The translations under genes and the position numbers were made by a program. A stretch of 64,000 nucleotides of DNA from Eledone cirrhosa (lineage: Eukaryota), in NCBI GenBank assembly GCA_964016885.1, contig OZ024741.1, positions 244,342,001 through 244,406,000 of the forward strand, given 5' to 3'. Positions 21,501-35,700 of this stretch are shown piece by piece; the stretch's first letter is position 1, and the number at the start of each line of letters is the position of its first letter. The notes below the pieces were generated by a model. The model saw nothing but the letters and a program-made list of their open reading frames with translations. It was not told where the DNA came from and searched no databases.

Positions 21501-24500
21501 TGGACTTCAGCTTCCTCATTTAGCATGGGCAGCTTTTCTTGAAAATCACACCACACTCAGCAAATGTGTGTCTGCACATGTACCAGTAATTACAGATCGA
21601 TCGGACCACGGGCGGCCGGCTCACGATCGAAAAGGTAACTCCGCCGGCAAATCCGCATTTTTGTGATTCGTTTCTTCGAAGCTCACCATTCGCCGCCGGA
21701 CTTCAGCTTCCTCATTTAGCATGGGCAGCTTTTCTCGAAAATCACAACACACTCAGCAAATGTGTGTCTGCACATGTACCAGTAATTACAGATCGATCCG
21801 ACCTGGGGCGGCCGGCCCACGATCGAAAAGGTAACTCCGGCGGCAAATTCGCATTTTTGTGATTCGTTTCTTCGAAGCACACCATTCGCCGCCGGACTTC
21901 AGCTTCCACATTTCACATGGGCAGCTTTTCTTGAAAATCACACCACACTCAGCAAATCTGTGTCTGCACATGTACCTGTAATTACAGATCGATCCGACCA
22001 TGGGCGGTCAGCCCACGATCGAAAAGGTAACTCCGCCGGCAAATCCGCATTTTTGTGATTCGTTTCTTCGAAGCACACCATTCGCCGCCGGACTTCAGCT
22101 TCCACATTTAGCATGGGCAGCTTTTCTTGAAAATCACACCACACTCAGCAAATGTGTGTCTGCACATGTACCAGTAATTACAGATCGATCCGCCCACGGG
22201 TGGCCGGCCCACGATCGAAAATGTAACTCCGCCGGCAAATCCGCATTTTTGTGATTCGTTTCTTCGAAGCACACCATTCGCCGCCGGACTTCAGCTTCCA
22301 CATTTGGCATGTGCAGCTTTTCTTGAAAATCACACCACACACAGCCAATCTGTGTCTGCACATGTACCAGTAATTACAGATCGATCCGACCAAGGGCGGC
22401 CGGCCCACGATCGAAAAGGTAACTCCGCCGGCAAATCCGCATTTTTGTGATTCGTTTCTTCGAAGCACACCATTCGCCGCCGGACTTCAGCTTCCTCATT
22501 TAGCATGGGCAGCTTTTCTTGAAAATCACACCACACTCAGCAAATGTGTGTCTGCACATGTACCAGTAATTACAGATCGATCCGACCGCGGGCGGCCTGC
22601 CCACGATCGAAAAGGTAACTCCGCAGGCAAATTCGCATTTTTGTGATTCGTTTCTTCGAAGCACACCATTCGCTGGTGGACTTCAGCTTCGTCATTTAGC
22701 ATGGGCAGCTTTTCTTGAAAATCACACCACACTCAGAAAATGTGTGTCTGCACATGTACCAGTAATTACAGATCGATCCGCCCACGGGTAGCCGGCCCAC
22801 GATCGAAAATGTAACTCCGCCGGCAAATCCGCATTTTTGTGATTCGTTTCTTCGAAGCACACCATTCGCCGCCGGACTTCAGCTTCCACATTTAGCATGG
22901 GCAGCTTTTCTTGAAAATCACACCACACTCAGCAAATGTGTGTCTGCACATGTACCAGTAATTACAGATCGATCGGACCACGGGCGGCCGGCTCACGATC
23001 GAAAAAGTAACTCCGCCGGCAAATCCGCATTTTTGTGATTCGTTTCTTCGAAGCACACCATTCGCCGCCGGACTTCAGCTTCCTCATTTAGCATGGGCAG
23101 CTTTTCTTGAAAATCACACCACACTCAGCAAATGTGTGTCTGCACATGTACCAGTAATTACAGATCGATCCGCCCACGGGTAGCCGGCCCACGATAGAAA
23201 ATATAACTCCGCCGGCAAATCCGCATTTTTGTGATTCGTTTCTTCGAAGCACACCATTCGCCGCCGGACTTCAGCTTCCACATTTAGCATGGGCAGCTTT
23301 TCTTGAAAATCACACCACACTCAGCAAATGTGTGTCTGCACATGTACCAGTAATTACAGATCGATCCGACCACGGGCGGCCTGCCCACGATCGAAGAGGT
23401 AACTCCGCAGGCAAATTCGCATTTTTGTGATTCGTTTCTTCGAAGCACACCATTCGCTGGTGGACTTCAGCTTCCTCATTTAGCATGGGCAGCTTTTCTT
23501 GAAAATCACACCACACTCAGCAAATGTGTGTCTGCACATGTACCAGTAATTACAGATCGATCGGACCACGGGCGGCCGGCTCACGATCGAAAAGGTAACT
23601 CCGCCGGCAAATCCGCATTTTTGTGATTCGTTTCTTCGAAGCTCACCATTCGCCGCCGGACTTCAGCTTCCTCATTTAGCATGGGCAGCTTTTCTCGAAA
23701 ATCACAACACACTCAGCAAATGTGTGTCTGCACATGTACCAGTAATTACAGATCGATCCGCCCACGGGTGGCCGGCCCACGATCGAAAATGTAACTCCGC
23801 CGGCAAATCCGCATTTTTGTGATTCGTTTCTTCGAAGCACACCATTCGCCGCCGGACTTCAGCTTCCACATTTGACATGGGCAGCTTTTCTTGAAAATCA
23901 CACCACACTCAGCAAATCTGTGTCTGCACATGTACCTGTAATTACAGATCGATCCGACCATGGGCGGTCAGCCCACGATCGAAAAGGTAACTCCGCCGGC
24001 AAATCCGCATTTTTGTGATTCGTTTCTTCGAAGCACACCATTCGCCGCCGGACTTCAGCTTCCACATTTAGCATGGGCAGCTTTTCTTGAAAATCACACC
24101 ACACTCAGCAAATGTGTGTCTGCACATGTACCAGTAATTACAGATCGATCCGCCCAAGGGTGGCCGGCCCACGATCGAAAATGTAACTCCGCCGGCAAAT
24201 CCGCATTTTTGTGATTCGTTTCTTCGAAGCACACCATTCGCCGCCGGACTTCAGCTTCCACATTTGGCATGTGCAGCTTTTCTTGAAAATCACACCACAC
24301 ACAGCCAATCTGTGTCTGCACATGTACCAGTAATTACAGATCGATCCGACCAAGGGCGGCCGGCCCACGATCGAAAAGGTAACTCCGCCGGCAAATCCGC
24401 ATTTTTGTGATTCGTTTCTTCGAAGCACACCATTCGCCGCCGGACTTCAGCTTCCTCATTTAGCATGGGCAGCTTTTCTTGAAAATCACACCACACTCAG

Positions 24501-27500
24501 CAAATGTGTGTCTGCACATGTACCAGTAATTACAGATCGATCCGACCGCGGGCGGCCTGCCCACGATCGAAAATGTAACTCCGCCGGCAAATCCGCATTT
24601 TTGTGATTCGTTTCTTCGAAGCACACCATTCGCCGCCGGACTTCAGCTTCCACATTTAGCATGGGCAGCTTTTCTTGAAAATCACACCACACTCAGCAAA
24701 TGTGTGTCTGCACATGTACCAGTAATTACAGATCGATCGGACCACGGGCGGCCGGCTCACGATCGAAAAAGTAACTCCGCCGGCAAATCCGCATTTTTGT
24801 GATTCGTTTCTTCGAAGCACACCATTCGCCGCCGGACTTCAGCTTCCTCATTTAGCATGGGCAGCTTTTCTTGAAAATCACACCACACTCAGCAAATGTG
24901 TGTCTGCACATGTACCAGTAATTACAGATCGATCCGCCCACGGGTAGCCGGCCCACGATAGAAAATATAACTCCGCCGGCAAATCCGCATTTTTGTGATT
25001 CGTTTCTTCGAAGCACACCATTCGCCGCCGGACTTCAGCTTCCACATTTAGCATGGGCAGCTTTTCTTGAAAATCACACCACACTCAGCAAATGTGTGTC
25101 TGCACATGTACCAGTAATTACAGATCGATCCGACCACGGGCGGCCTGCCCACGATCGAAGAGGTAACTCCGCAGGCAAATTCGCATTTTTGTGATTCGTT
25201 TCTTCGAAGCACACCATTCGCTGGTGGACTTCAGCTTCCTCATTTAGCATGGGCAGCTTTTCTTGAAAATCACACCACACTCAGCAAATGTGTGTCTGCA
25301 CATGTACCAGTAATTACAGATCGATCGGACCACGGGCGGCCGGCTCACGATCGAAAAGGTAACTCCGCCGGCAAATCCGCATTTTTGTGATTCGTTTCTT
25401 CGAAGCTCACCATTCGCCGCCGGACTTCAGCTTCCTCATTTAGCATGGGCAGCTTTTCTCGAAAATCACAACACACTCAGCAAATGTGTGTCTGCACATG
25501 TACCAGTAATTACAGATCGATCCGCCCACGGGTGGCCGGCCCACGATCGAAAATGTAACTCCGCCGGCAAATCCGCATTTTTGTGATTCGTTTCTTCGAA
25601 GCACACCATTCGCCGCCGGACTTCAGCTTCCACATTTGACATGGGCAGCTTTTCTTGAAAATCACACCACACTCAGCAAATCTGTGTCTGCACATGTACC
25701 TGTAATTACAGATCGATCCGACCATGGGCGGTCAGCCCACGATCGAAAAGGTAACTCCGCCGGCAAATCCGCATTTTTGTGATTCGTTTCTTCGAAGCAC
25801 ACCATTCGCCGCCGGACTTCAGCTTCCACATTTAGCATGGGCAGCTTTTCTTGAAAATCACACCACACTCAGCAAATGTGTGTCTGCACATGTACCAGTA
25901 ATTACAGATCGATCCGCCCACGGGTGGCCGGCCCACGATCGAAAATGTAACTCCGCCGGCAAATCCGCATTTTTGTGATTCGTTTCTTCGAAGCACACCA
26001 TTCGCCGCCGGACTTCAGCTTCCACATTTGGCATGTGCAGCTTTTCTTGAAAATCACACCACACACAGCCAATCTGTGTCTGCACATGTACCAGTAATTA
26101 CAGATCGATCCGACCAAGGGCGGCCGGCCCACGATCGAAAAGGTAACTCCGCCGGCAAATCCGCATTTTTGTGATTCGTTTCTTCGAAGCACACCATTCG
26201 CCGCCGGACTTCAGCTTCCTCATTTAGCATGGGCAGCTTTTCTTGAAAATCACACCACACTCAGCAAATGTGTGTCTGCACATGTACCAGTAATTACAGA
26301 TCGATCCGACCGCGGGCGGCCTGCCCACGATCGAAAAGGTAACTCCGCAGGCAAATTCGCATTTTTGTGATTCGTTTCTTCGAAGCACACCATTCGCTGG
26401 TGGACTTCAGCTTCGTCATTTAGCATGGGCAGCTTTTCTTGAAAATCACACCACACTCAGAAAATGTGTGTCTGCACATGTACCAGTAATTACAGATCGA
26501 TCCGCCCACGGGTAGCCGGCCCACGATCGAAAATGTAACTCCGCCGGCAAATCCGCATTTTTGTGATTCGTTTCTTCGAAGCACACCATTCGCCGCCGGA
26601 CTTCAGCTTCCACATTTAGCATGGGCAGCTTTTCTTGAAAATCACACCACACTCAGCAAATGTGTGTCTGCACATGTACCAGTAATTACAGATCGATCGG
26701 ACCACGGGCGGCCGGCTCACGATCGAAAAGGTAACTCCGCCGGCAAATCCGCATTTTTGTGATTCGTTTCTTCGAAGCACACCATTCGCCGCCGGACTTC
26801 AGCTTCCTCATTTAGCATGGGCAGCTTTTCTTGAAAATCACACCACACTCAGCAAATATGTGTCTGCACATGTACCAGTAATTACAGATCGATCCGCCCA
26901 CGGGTAGCCGGCCCACGATAGAAAATGTAACTCCGCCGGCAAATCCGCATTTTTGTGATTCGTTTCTTCGAAGCACACCATTCGCCGCCGGACTTCAGCT
27001 TCCACATTTAGCATGGGCAGCTTTTCTTGAAAATCACACCACACTCAGCAAATGTGTGTCTGCACATGTACCAGTAATTACAGATCGATCCGACCACGGG
27101 CGGCCTGCCCACGATCGAAGAGGTAACTCCGCAGGCAAATTCGCATTTTTGTGATTCGTTTCTTCGAAGCACACCATTCGCTGGTGGACTTCAGCTTCCT
27201 CATTTAGCATGGGCAGCTTTTCTTGAAAATCACACCACACTCAGCAAATGTGTGTCTGCACATGTACCAGTAATTACAGATCGATCGGACCACGGGCGGC
27301 CGGCTCACGATCGAAAAGGTAACTCCGCCGGCAAATCCGCATTTTTGTGATTCGTTTCTTCGAAGCTCACCATTCGCCGCCGGACTTCAGCTTCCTCATT
27401 TAGCATGGGCAGCTTTTCTCGAAAATCACAACACACTCAGCAAATGTGTGTCTGCACATGTACCAGTAATTACAGATCGATCCGACCTGGGGCGGCCGGC

Positions 27501-30500
27501 CCACGATCGAAAAGGTAACTCCGGCGGCAAATTCGCATTTTTGTGATTCGTTTCTTCGAAGCACACCATTCGCCGCCGGACTTCAGCTTCCACATTTGAC
27601 ATGGGCAGCTTTTCTTGAAAATCACACCACACTCAGCAAATCTGTGTCTGCACATGTACCTGTAATTACAGATCGATCCGACCATGGGCGGTCAGCCCAC
27701 GATCGAAAAGGTAACTCCGCCGGCAAATCCGCATTTTTGTGATTCGTTTCTTCGAAGCACACCATTCGCCGCCGGACTTCAGCTTCCACATTTAGCATGG
27801 GCAGCTTTTCTTGAAAATCACACCACACTCAGCAAATGTGTGTCTGCACATGTACCAGTAATTACAGATCGATCCGCCCACGGGTGGCCGGTCCACGATC
27901 GAAAATGTAACTCCGCCGGCAAATCCGCATTTTTGTGATTCGTTTCTTCGAAGCACACCATTCGCCGCCGGACTTCAGCTTCCACATTTGGCATGTGCAG
28001 CTTTTCTTGAAAATCACACCACACACAGCCAATCTGTGTCTGCACATGTACCAGTAATTACAGATCGATCCGACCAAGGGCGGCCGGCCCACGATCGAAA
28101 AGGTAACTCCGCCGGCAAATCCGCATTTTTGTGATTCGTTTCTTCGAAGCACACCATTCGCCGCCGGACTTCAGCTTCCTCATTTAGCATGGGCAGCTTT
28201 TCTTGAAAATCACACCACACTCAGCAAATGTGTGTCTGCACATGTACCAGTAATTACAGATCGATCCGACCGCGGGCGGCCTGCCCACGATCGAAAAGGT
28301 AACTCCGCAGGCAAATTCGCATTTTTGTGATTCGTTTCTTCGAAGCACACCATTCGCTGGTGGACTTCAGCTTCGTCATTTAGCATGGGCAGCTTTTCTT
28401 GAAAATCACACCACACTCAGAAAATGTGTGTCTGCACATGTACCAGTAATTACAGATCGATCCGCCCACGGGTAGCCGGCCCACGATCGAAAATGTAACT
28501 CCGCCGGCAAATCCGCATTTTTGTGATTCGTTTCTTCGAAGCACACCATTCGCCGCCGGACTTCAGCTTCCACATTTAGCATGGGCAGCTTTTCTTGAAA
28601 ATCACAACACACTCAGCAAATGTGTGTCTGCACATGTACCAGTAATTACAGATCGATCCGACCTGGGGCGGCCGGCCCACGATCGAAAAGGTAACTCCGG
28701 CGGCAAATTCGCATTTTTGTGATTCGTTTCTTCGAAGCACACCATTCGCCGCCGGACTTCAGCTTCCACATTTGACATGGGCAGCTTTTCTTGAAAATCA
28801 CACCACACTCAGCAAATCTGTGTCTGCACATGTACCTGTAATTACAGATCGATCCGACCATGGGCGGTCAGCCCACGATCGAAAAGGTAACTCCGCCGGC
28901 AAATCCGCATTTTTGTGATTCGTTTCTTCGAAGCACACCATTCGCCGCCGGACTTCAGCTTCCACATTTAGCATGGGCAGCTTTTCTTGAAAATCACACC
29001 ACACTCAGCAAATGTGTGTCTGCACATGTACCAGTAATTACAGATCGATCCGCCCACGGGTGGCCGGCCCACGATCGAAAATGTAACTCCGCCGGCAAAT
29101 CCGCATTTTTGTGATTCGTTTCTTCGAAGCACACCATTCGCCGCCGGACTTCAGCTTCCACATTTGGCATGTGCAGCTTTTCTTGAAAATCACACCACAC
29201 ACAGCCAATCTGTGTCTGCACATGTACCAGTAATTACAGATCGATCCGACCAAGGGCGGCCGGCCCACGATCGAAAAGGTAACTCCGCCGGCAAATCCGC
29301 ATTTTTGTGATTCGTTTCTTCGAAGCACACCATTCGCCGCCGGACTTCAGCTTCCTCATTTAGCATGGGCAGCTTTTCTTGAAAATCACACCACACTCAG
29401 CAAATGTGTGTCTGCACATGTACCAGTAATTACAGATCGATCCGACCGCGGGCGGCCTGCCCACGATCGAAAAGGTAACTCCGCAGGCAAATTCGCATTT
29501 TTGTGATTCGTTTCTTCGAAGCACACCATTCGCTGGTGGACTTCAGCTTCGTCATTTAGCATGGGCAGCTTTTCTTGAAAATCACACCACACTCAGAAAA
29601 TGTGTGTCTGCACATGTACCAGTAATTACAGATCGATCCGCCCACGGGTAGCCGGCCCACGATCGAAAATGTAACTCCGCCGGCAAATCCGCATTTTTGT
29701 GATTCGTTTCTTCGAAGCACACCATTCGCCGCCGGACTTCAGCTTCCACATTTAGCATGGGCAGCTTTTCTTGAAAATCACACCACACTCAGCAAATGTG
29801 TGTCTGCACATGTACCAGTAATTACAGATCGATCGGACCACGGGCGGCCGGCTCACGATCGAAAAGGTAACTCCGCCGGCAAATCCGCATTTTTGTGATT
29901 CGTTTCTTCGAAGCACACCATTCGCCGCCGGACTTCAGCTTCCTCATTTAGCATGGGCAGCTTTTCTTGAAAATCACACCACACTCAGCAAATGTGTGTC
30001 TGCACATGTACCAGTAATTACAGATCGATCCGCCCACGGGTAGCCGGCCCACGATAGAAAATGTAACTCCGCCGGCAAATCCGCATTTTTGTGATTCGTT
30101 TCTTCGAAGCACACCATTCGCCGCCGGACTTCAGCTTCCACATTTAGCATGGGCAGCTTTTCTTGAAAATCACACCACACTCAGCAAATGTGTGTCTGCA
30201 CATGTACCAGTAATTACAGATCGATCCGACCACGGGCGGCCTGCCCACGATCGAAGAGGTAACTCCGCAGGCAAATTCGCATTTTTGTGATTCGTTTCTT
30301 CGAAGCACACCATTCGCTGGTGGACTTCAGCTTCCTCATTTAGCATGGGCAGCTTTTCTTGAAAATCACACCACACTCAGCAAATGTGTGTCTGCACATG
30401 TACCAGTAATTACAGATCGATCGGACCACGGGCGGCCGGCTCACGATCGAAAAGGTAACTCCGCCGGCAAATCCGCATTTTTGTGATTCGTTTCTTCGAA

Positions 30501-32722
30501 GCTCACCATTCGCCGCCGGACTTCAGCTTCCTCATTTAGCATGGGCAGCTTTTCTCGAAAATCACAACACACTCAGCAAATGTGTGTCTGCACATGTACC
30601 AGTAATTACAGATCGATCCGACCTGGGGCGGCCGGCCCACGATCGAAAAGGTAACTCCGGCGGCAAATTCGCATTTTTGTGATTCGTTTCTTCGAAGCAC
30701 ACCATTCGCCGCCGGACTTCAGCTTCCACATTTGACATGGGCAGCTTTTCTTGAAAATCACACCACACTCAGCAAATCTGTGTCTGCACATGTACCTGTA
30801 ATTACAGATCGATCCGACCATGGGCGGTCAGCCCACGATCGAAAAGGTAACTCCGCCGGCAAATCCGCATTTTTGTGATTCGTTTCTTCGAAGCACACCA
30901 TTCGCCGCCGGACTTCAGCTTCCACATTTAGCATGGGCAGCTTTTCTTGAAAATCACACCACACTCAGCAAATGTGTGTCTGCACATGTACCAGTAATTA
31001 CAGATCGATCCGCCCACGGGTGGCCGGCCCACGATCGAAAATGTAACTCCGCCGGCAAATCCGCATTTTTGTGATTCGTTTCTTCGAAGCACACCATTCG
31101 CCGCCGGACTTCAGCTTCCACATTTGGCATGTGCAGCTTTTCTTGAAAATCACACCACACACAGCCAATCTGTGTCTGCACATGTACCAGTAATTACAGA
31201 TCGATCCGACCAAGGGCGGCCGGCCCACGATCGAAAAGGTAACTCCGCCGGCAAATCCGCATTTTTGTGATTCGTTTCTTCGAAGCACACCATTCGCCGC
31301 CGGACTTCAGCTTCCTCATTTAGCATGGGCAGCTTTTCTTGAAAATCACACCACACTCAGCAAATGTGTGTCTGCACATGTACCAGTAATTACAGATCGA
31401 TCCGACCGCGGGCGGCCTGCCCACGATCGAAAAGGTAACTCCGCAGGCAAATTCGCATTTTTGTGATTCGTTTCTTCGAAGCACACCATTCGCTGGTGGA
31501 CTTCAGCTTCGTCATTTAGCATGGGCAGCTTTTCTTGAAAATCACACCACACTCAGAAAATGTGTGTCTGCACATGTACCAGTAATTACAGATCGATCCG
31601 CCCACGGGTAGCCGGCCCACGATCGAAAATGTAACTCCGCCGGCAAATCCGCATTTTTGTGATTCGTTTCTTCGAAGCACACCATTCGCCGCCGGACTTC
31701 AGCTTCCACATTTAGCATGGGCAGCTTTTCTTGAAAATCACACCACACTCAGCAAATGTGTGTCTGCACATGTACCAGTAATTACAGATCGATCGGACCA
31801 CGGGCGGCCGGCTCACGATCGAAAAAGTAACTCCGCCGGCAAATCCGCATTTTTGTGATTCGTTTCTTCGAAGCACACCATTCGCCGCCGGACTTCAGCT
31901 TCCTCATTTAGCATGGGCAGCTTTTCTTGAAAATCACACCACACTCAGCAAATGTGTGTCTGCACATGTACCAGTAATTACAGATCGATCCGCCCACGGG
32001 TAGCCGGCCCACGATAGAAAATGTAACTCCGCCGGCAAATCCGCATTTTTGTGATTCGTTTCTTCGAAGCACACCATTCGCCGCCGGACTTCAGCTTCCA
32101 CATTTAGCATGGGCAGCTTTTCTTGAAAATCACACCACACTCAGCAAATGTGTGTCTGCACATGTACCAGTAATTACAGATCTATCCGACCACGGGCGGC
32201 CTGCCCACGATCGAAGAGGTAACTCCGCAGGCAAATTCGCATTTTTGTGATTCGTTTCTTCGAAGCACACCATTCGCTGGTGGACTTCAGCTTCCTCATT
32301 TAGCATGGGCAGCTTTTCTTGAAAATCACACCACACTCAGCAAATGTGTGTCTGCACATGTACCAGTAATTACAGATCGATCGGACCACGGGCGGCCGGC
32401 TCACGATCGAAAAGGTAACTCCGCCGGCAAATCCGCATTTTTGTGATTCGTTTCTTCGAAGCTCACCATTCGCCGCCGGACTTCAGCTTCCTCATTTAGC
32501 ATGGGCAGCTTTTCTCGAAAATCACAACACACTCAGCAAATGTGTGTCTGCACATGTACCAGTAATTACAGATCGATCCGACCTGGGGCGGCCGGCCCAC
32601 GATCGAAAAGGTAACTCCGGCGGCAAATTCGCATTTTTGTGATTCGTTTCTTTGAAGCACACCATTCGCTGGTGGACTTCAGCTTCCTCATTTAGCATGG
32701 GCAGCTTTTCTTGAAAATCACA
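12535..32722 (+). repeat. 10-monomer (1960 bp) higher-order repeat domain with 6-, 9-, 14- and 15-mer derivatives
   Basis: The marker monomer (CCTGTAATTA...CCATGGGCGGTCAG) is tracked by the 84-aa + ORF at 12592, 14552, 17296, 20040, 22000, 23960, 25724, 27684, 28860, 30820 and 33760. Spacings are 10, 14, 14, 10, 10, 9, 10, 6, 10 and 15 monomers, with conserved variant order. Confidence 0.9.
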
Positions 32723-35700
32723 CCACACACAGCCAATGAGTGTCTGCACATGTACCAGTAATTACAGATCGATACGACCACGGACGGCCTGCCCACGATC
32801 GAAAAGGTAACTCCGCAGGCAAATTCGCATTTTTGTGATTCGTTTCTTCGAAGCACACCATTCGCTGGTGGACTTCAGCTTCGTCATTTAGCATGGGCAG
32901 CTTTTCTTGAAAATCACACCACACTCAGCAAATGTGTGTCTGCACATGTACCAGTAATTACAGATCGATCCGCCCACGGGTAGCCGGCCCACGATCGAAA
33001 ATGTAACTCCGCCGGCAAATCCGCATTTTTGTGATTCGTTTCTTCGAAGCACACCATTCGCCGCCGGACTTCAGCTTCCACATTTAGCATGGGCAGCTTT
33101 TCTTGAAAATCACACCACACTCAGCAAATGTGTGTCTGCACATGCACCAGTAATTACAGATCGATCCGCCCACGGGTGGCCGGCCCACGATCGAAAATGT
33201 AACTCCGCCGGCAAATCCGCATTTTTGTGATTCGTTTCTTCGAAGCACACCATTCGCCGCCGGACTTCAGCTTCCACATTTGGCATGTGCAGCTTTTCTT
33301 GAAAATCACACCACACACAGCCAATCGGTGTCTGCACATGTACCAGTAATTACAGATCGATCCGACCAAGGGCGGCCGGCCCACGATCGAAAAGGTAACT
33401 CCGCCGGCAAATCCGCATTTTTGTGATTCGTTTCTTCGAAGCACACCATTCGCCGCCGGACTTCAGCTTCCTCATTTAGCATGGGCAGCTTTTCTTGAAA
33501 ATCACACCACACTCAGCAAATGTGTGTCTGCACATGTACCAGTAATTACAGATCGATCCGCCCACGGGTGGCCGGCCCACGATCGAAAATGTAACTCCGC
33601 CGGCAAATCCGCATTTTTGTGATTCGTTTCTTCGAAGCACACCATTCGCCGCCGGACTTCAGCTTCCACATTTGACATGGGCAGCTTTTCTTGAAAATCA
33701 CACCACACTCAGCAAATCTGTGTCTGCACATGTACCTGTAATTACAGATCGATCCGACCATGGGCGGTCAGCCCACGATCGAAAAGGTAACTCCGCCGGC
33801 AAATCCGCATTTTTGTGATTCGTTTCTTCGAAGCACACCATTCGCCGCCGGACTTCAGCTTCCACATTTAGCATGGGCAGCTTTTCTTGAAAATCACACC
33901 ACACTCAGCAAATGTGTGTCTGCACATGTACCAGTAATTACAGATCGATCCGCCCACGGGTGGCCGGCCCACGATCGAAAATGTAACTCCGCCGGCAAAT
34001 CCGCATTTTTGTGATTCGTTTCTTCGAAGCACACCATTCGCCGCCGGACTTCAGCTTCCACATTTGGCATGTGCAGCTTTTCTTGAAAATCACACCACAC
34101 ACAGCCAATATGTGTCTGCACATGTACCAGTAATTACAGATCGATCCGACCAAGGGCGGCCGGCCCACGATCGAAAAGGTAACTCCGCCGGCAAATCCGC
34201 ATTTTTGTGATTCGTTTCTTCGAAGCACACCATTCGCTGGTGGACTTCAGCTTCCTCATTTAGCATGGGCAGCTTTTCTTGAAAATCACACCACACTCAG
34301 CAAATGTGTGTCTGCACATGTACCAGTAATTACAGATCGATCCGACCAAGGGCGGTCAGCCCACGATCGAAAAGGTAACTCCGCCGGCAAATCCGCATTT
34401 TTGTGATTCGTTTCTTCGAAGCACACCATTCGCCGCCGGACTTCAGCTTCCACATTTAGCATGGGCAGCTTTTCTTGAAAATCACACCACACTCAGCAAA
34501 TGTGTGTCAGCACATGTACCAGTAATTACAGATCGATCGGACCACGGGCGGCCGGCTCACGATCGAAAAGGTAACTCCGCCGGCAAATCCGCATTTTTGT
34601 GATTCGTTTCTTCGAAGCACACCATTCGCCGCCGGACTTCAGCTTCCTCATTTAGCATGGGCAGCTTTTCTTGAAAATCAAACCACACTCAGCAAATGTG
34701 TGTCTGCACATGTACCAGTAATTACAGATCGATCCGACCGCGGGCGGCCTGCCCACGATCGAAAAGGTAACTCCGCAGGCAAATTCGCATTTTTGTGATT
34801 CGTTTCTTCGAAGCACACCATTCGCTGGTGGACTTCAGCTTCGTCATTTAGCTTGGGCAGCTTTTCTTGAAAATCACACCACACTCAGAAAATGTGTGTC
34901 TGCACATGTACCAGTAATTACAGATCGATCCGCCCACGGGTAGCCGGCCCACGGTCGAAAATGTAACTCCGCCGGCAAATCCGCATTTTTGTGATTCGTT
35001 TCTTCGAAGCACACCATTCGCCGCCGGACTTCAGCTTCCACATTTAGCATGGGCAGCTTTTCTTGAAAATCACACCACACTCAGCAAATGTGTGTCTGCA
35101 CATGTACCAGTAATTACAGATCGATCGGACCACGGGCGGCCGGCTCACGATCGAAAAGGTAACTCCGCCGGCAAATCCGCATTTTTGTGATTCGTTTCTT
35201 CGAAGCACACCATTCGCCGCCGGACTTCAGCTTCCTCATTTAGCATGGGCAGCTTTTCTTGAAAATCACACCACACTCAGCAGATGTGTGTCTGCACATG
35301 TACCAGTAATTACAGATCGATCCGCCCACGGGTAGCCGGCCCACGATAGAAAATGTAACTCCGCCGGCAAATCCGCATTTTTGTGATTCGTTTCTTCGAA
35401 GCACACCATTCGCTGGTGGACTTCAGCTTCCTCATTTAGCATGGGCAGCTTTTCTTGAAAATCACACCACACTCAGCAAATGTGTGTCTGCACATGTACC
35501 AGTAATTACAGATCGATCGGACCACGGGCGGCCGGCTCACGATCGAAAAGGTAACTCCGCCGGCAAATCCGCATTTTTGTGATTCGTTTCTTCGAAGCTC
35601 ACCATTCGCCGCCGGACTTCAGCTTCCTCATTTAGCATGGGCAGCTTTTCTCGAAAATCACAACACACTCAGCAAATGTGTGTCTGCACATGTACCAGTA

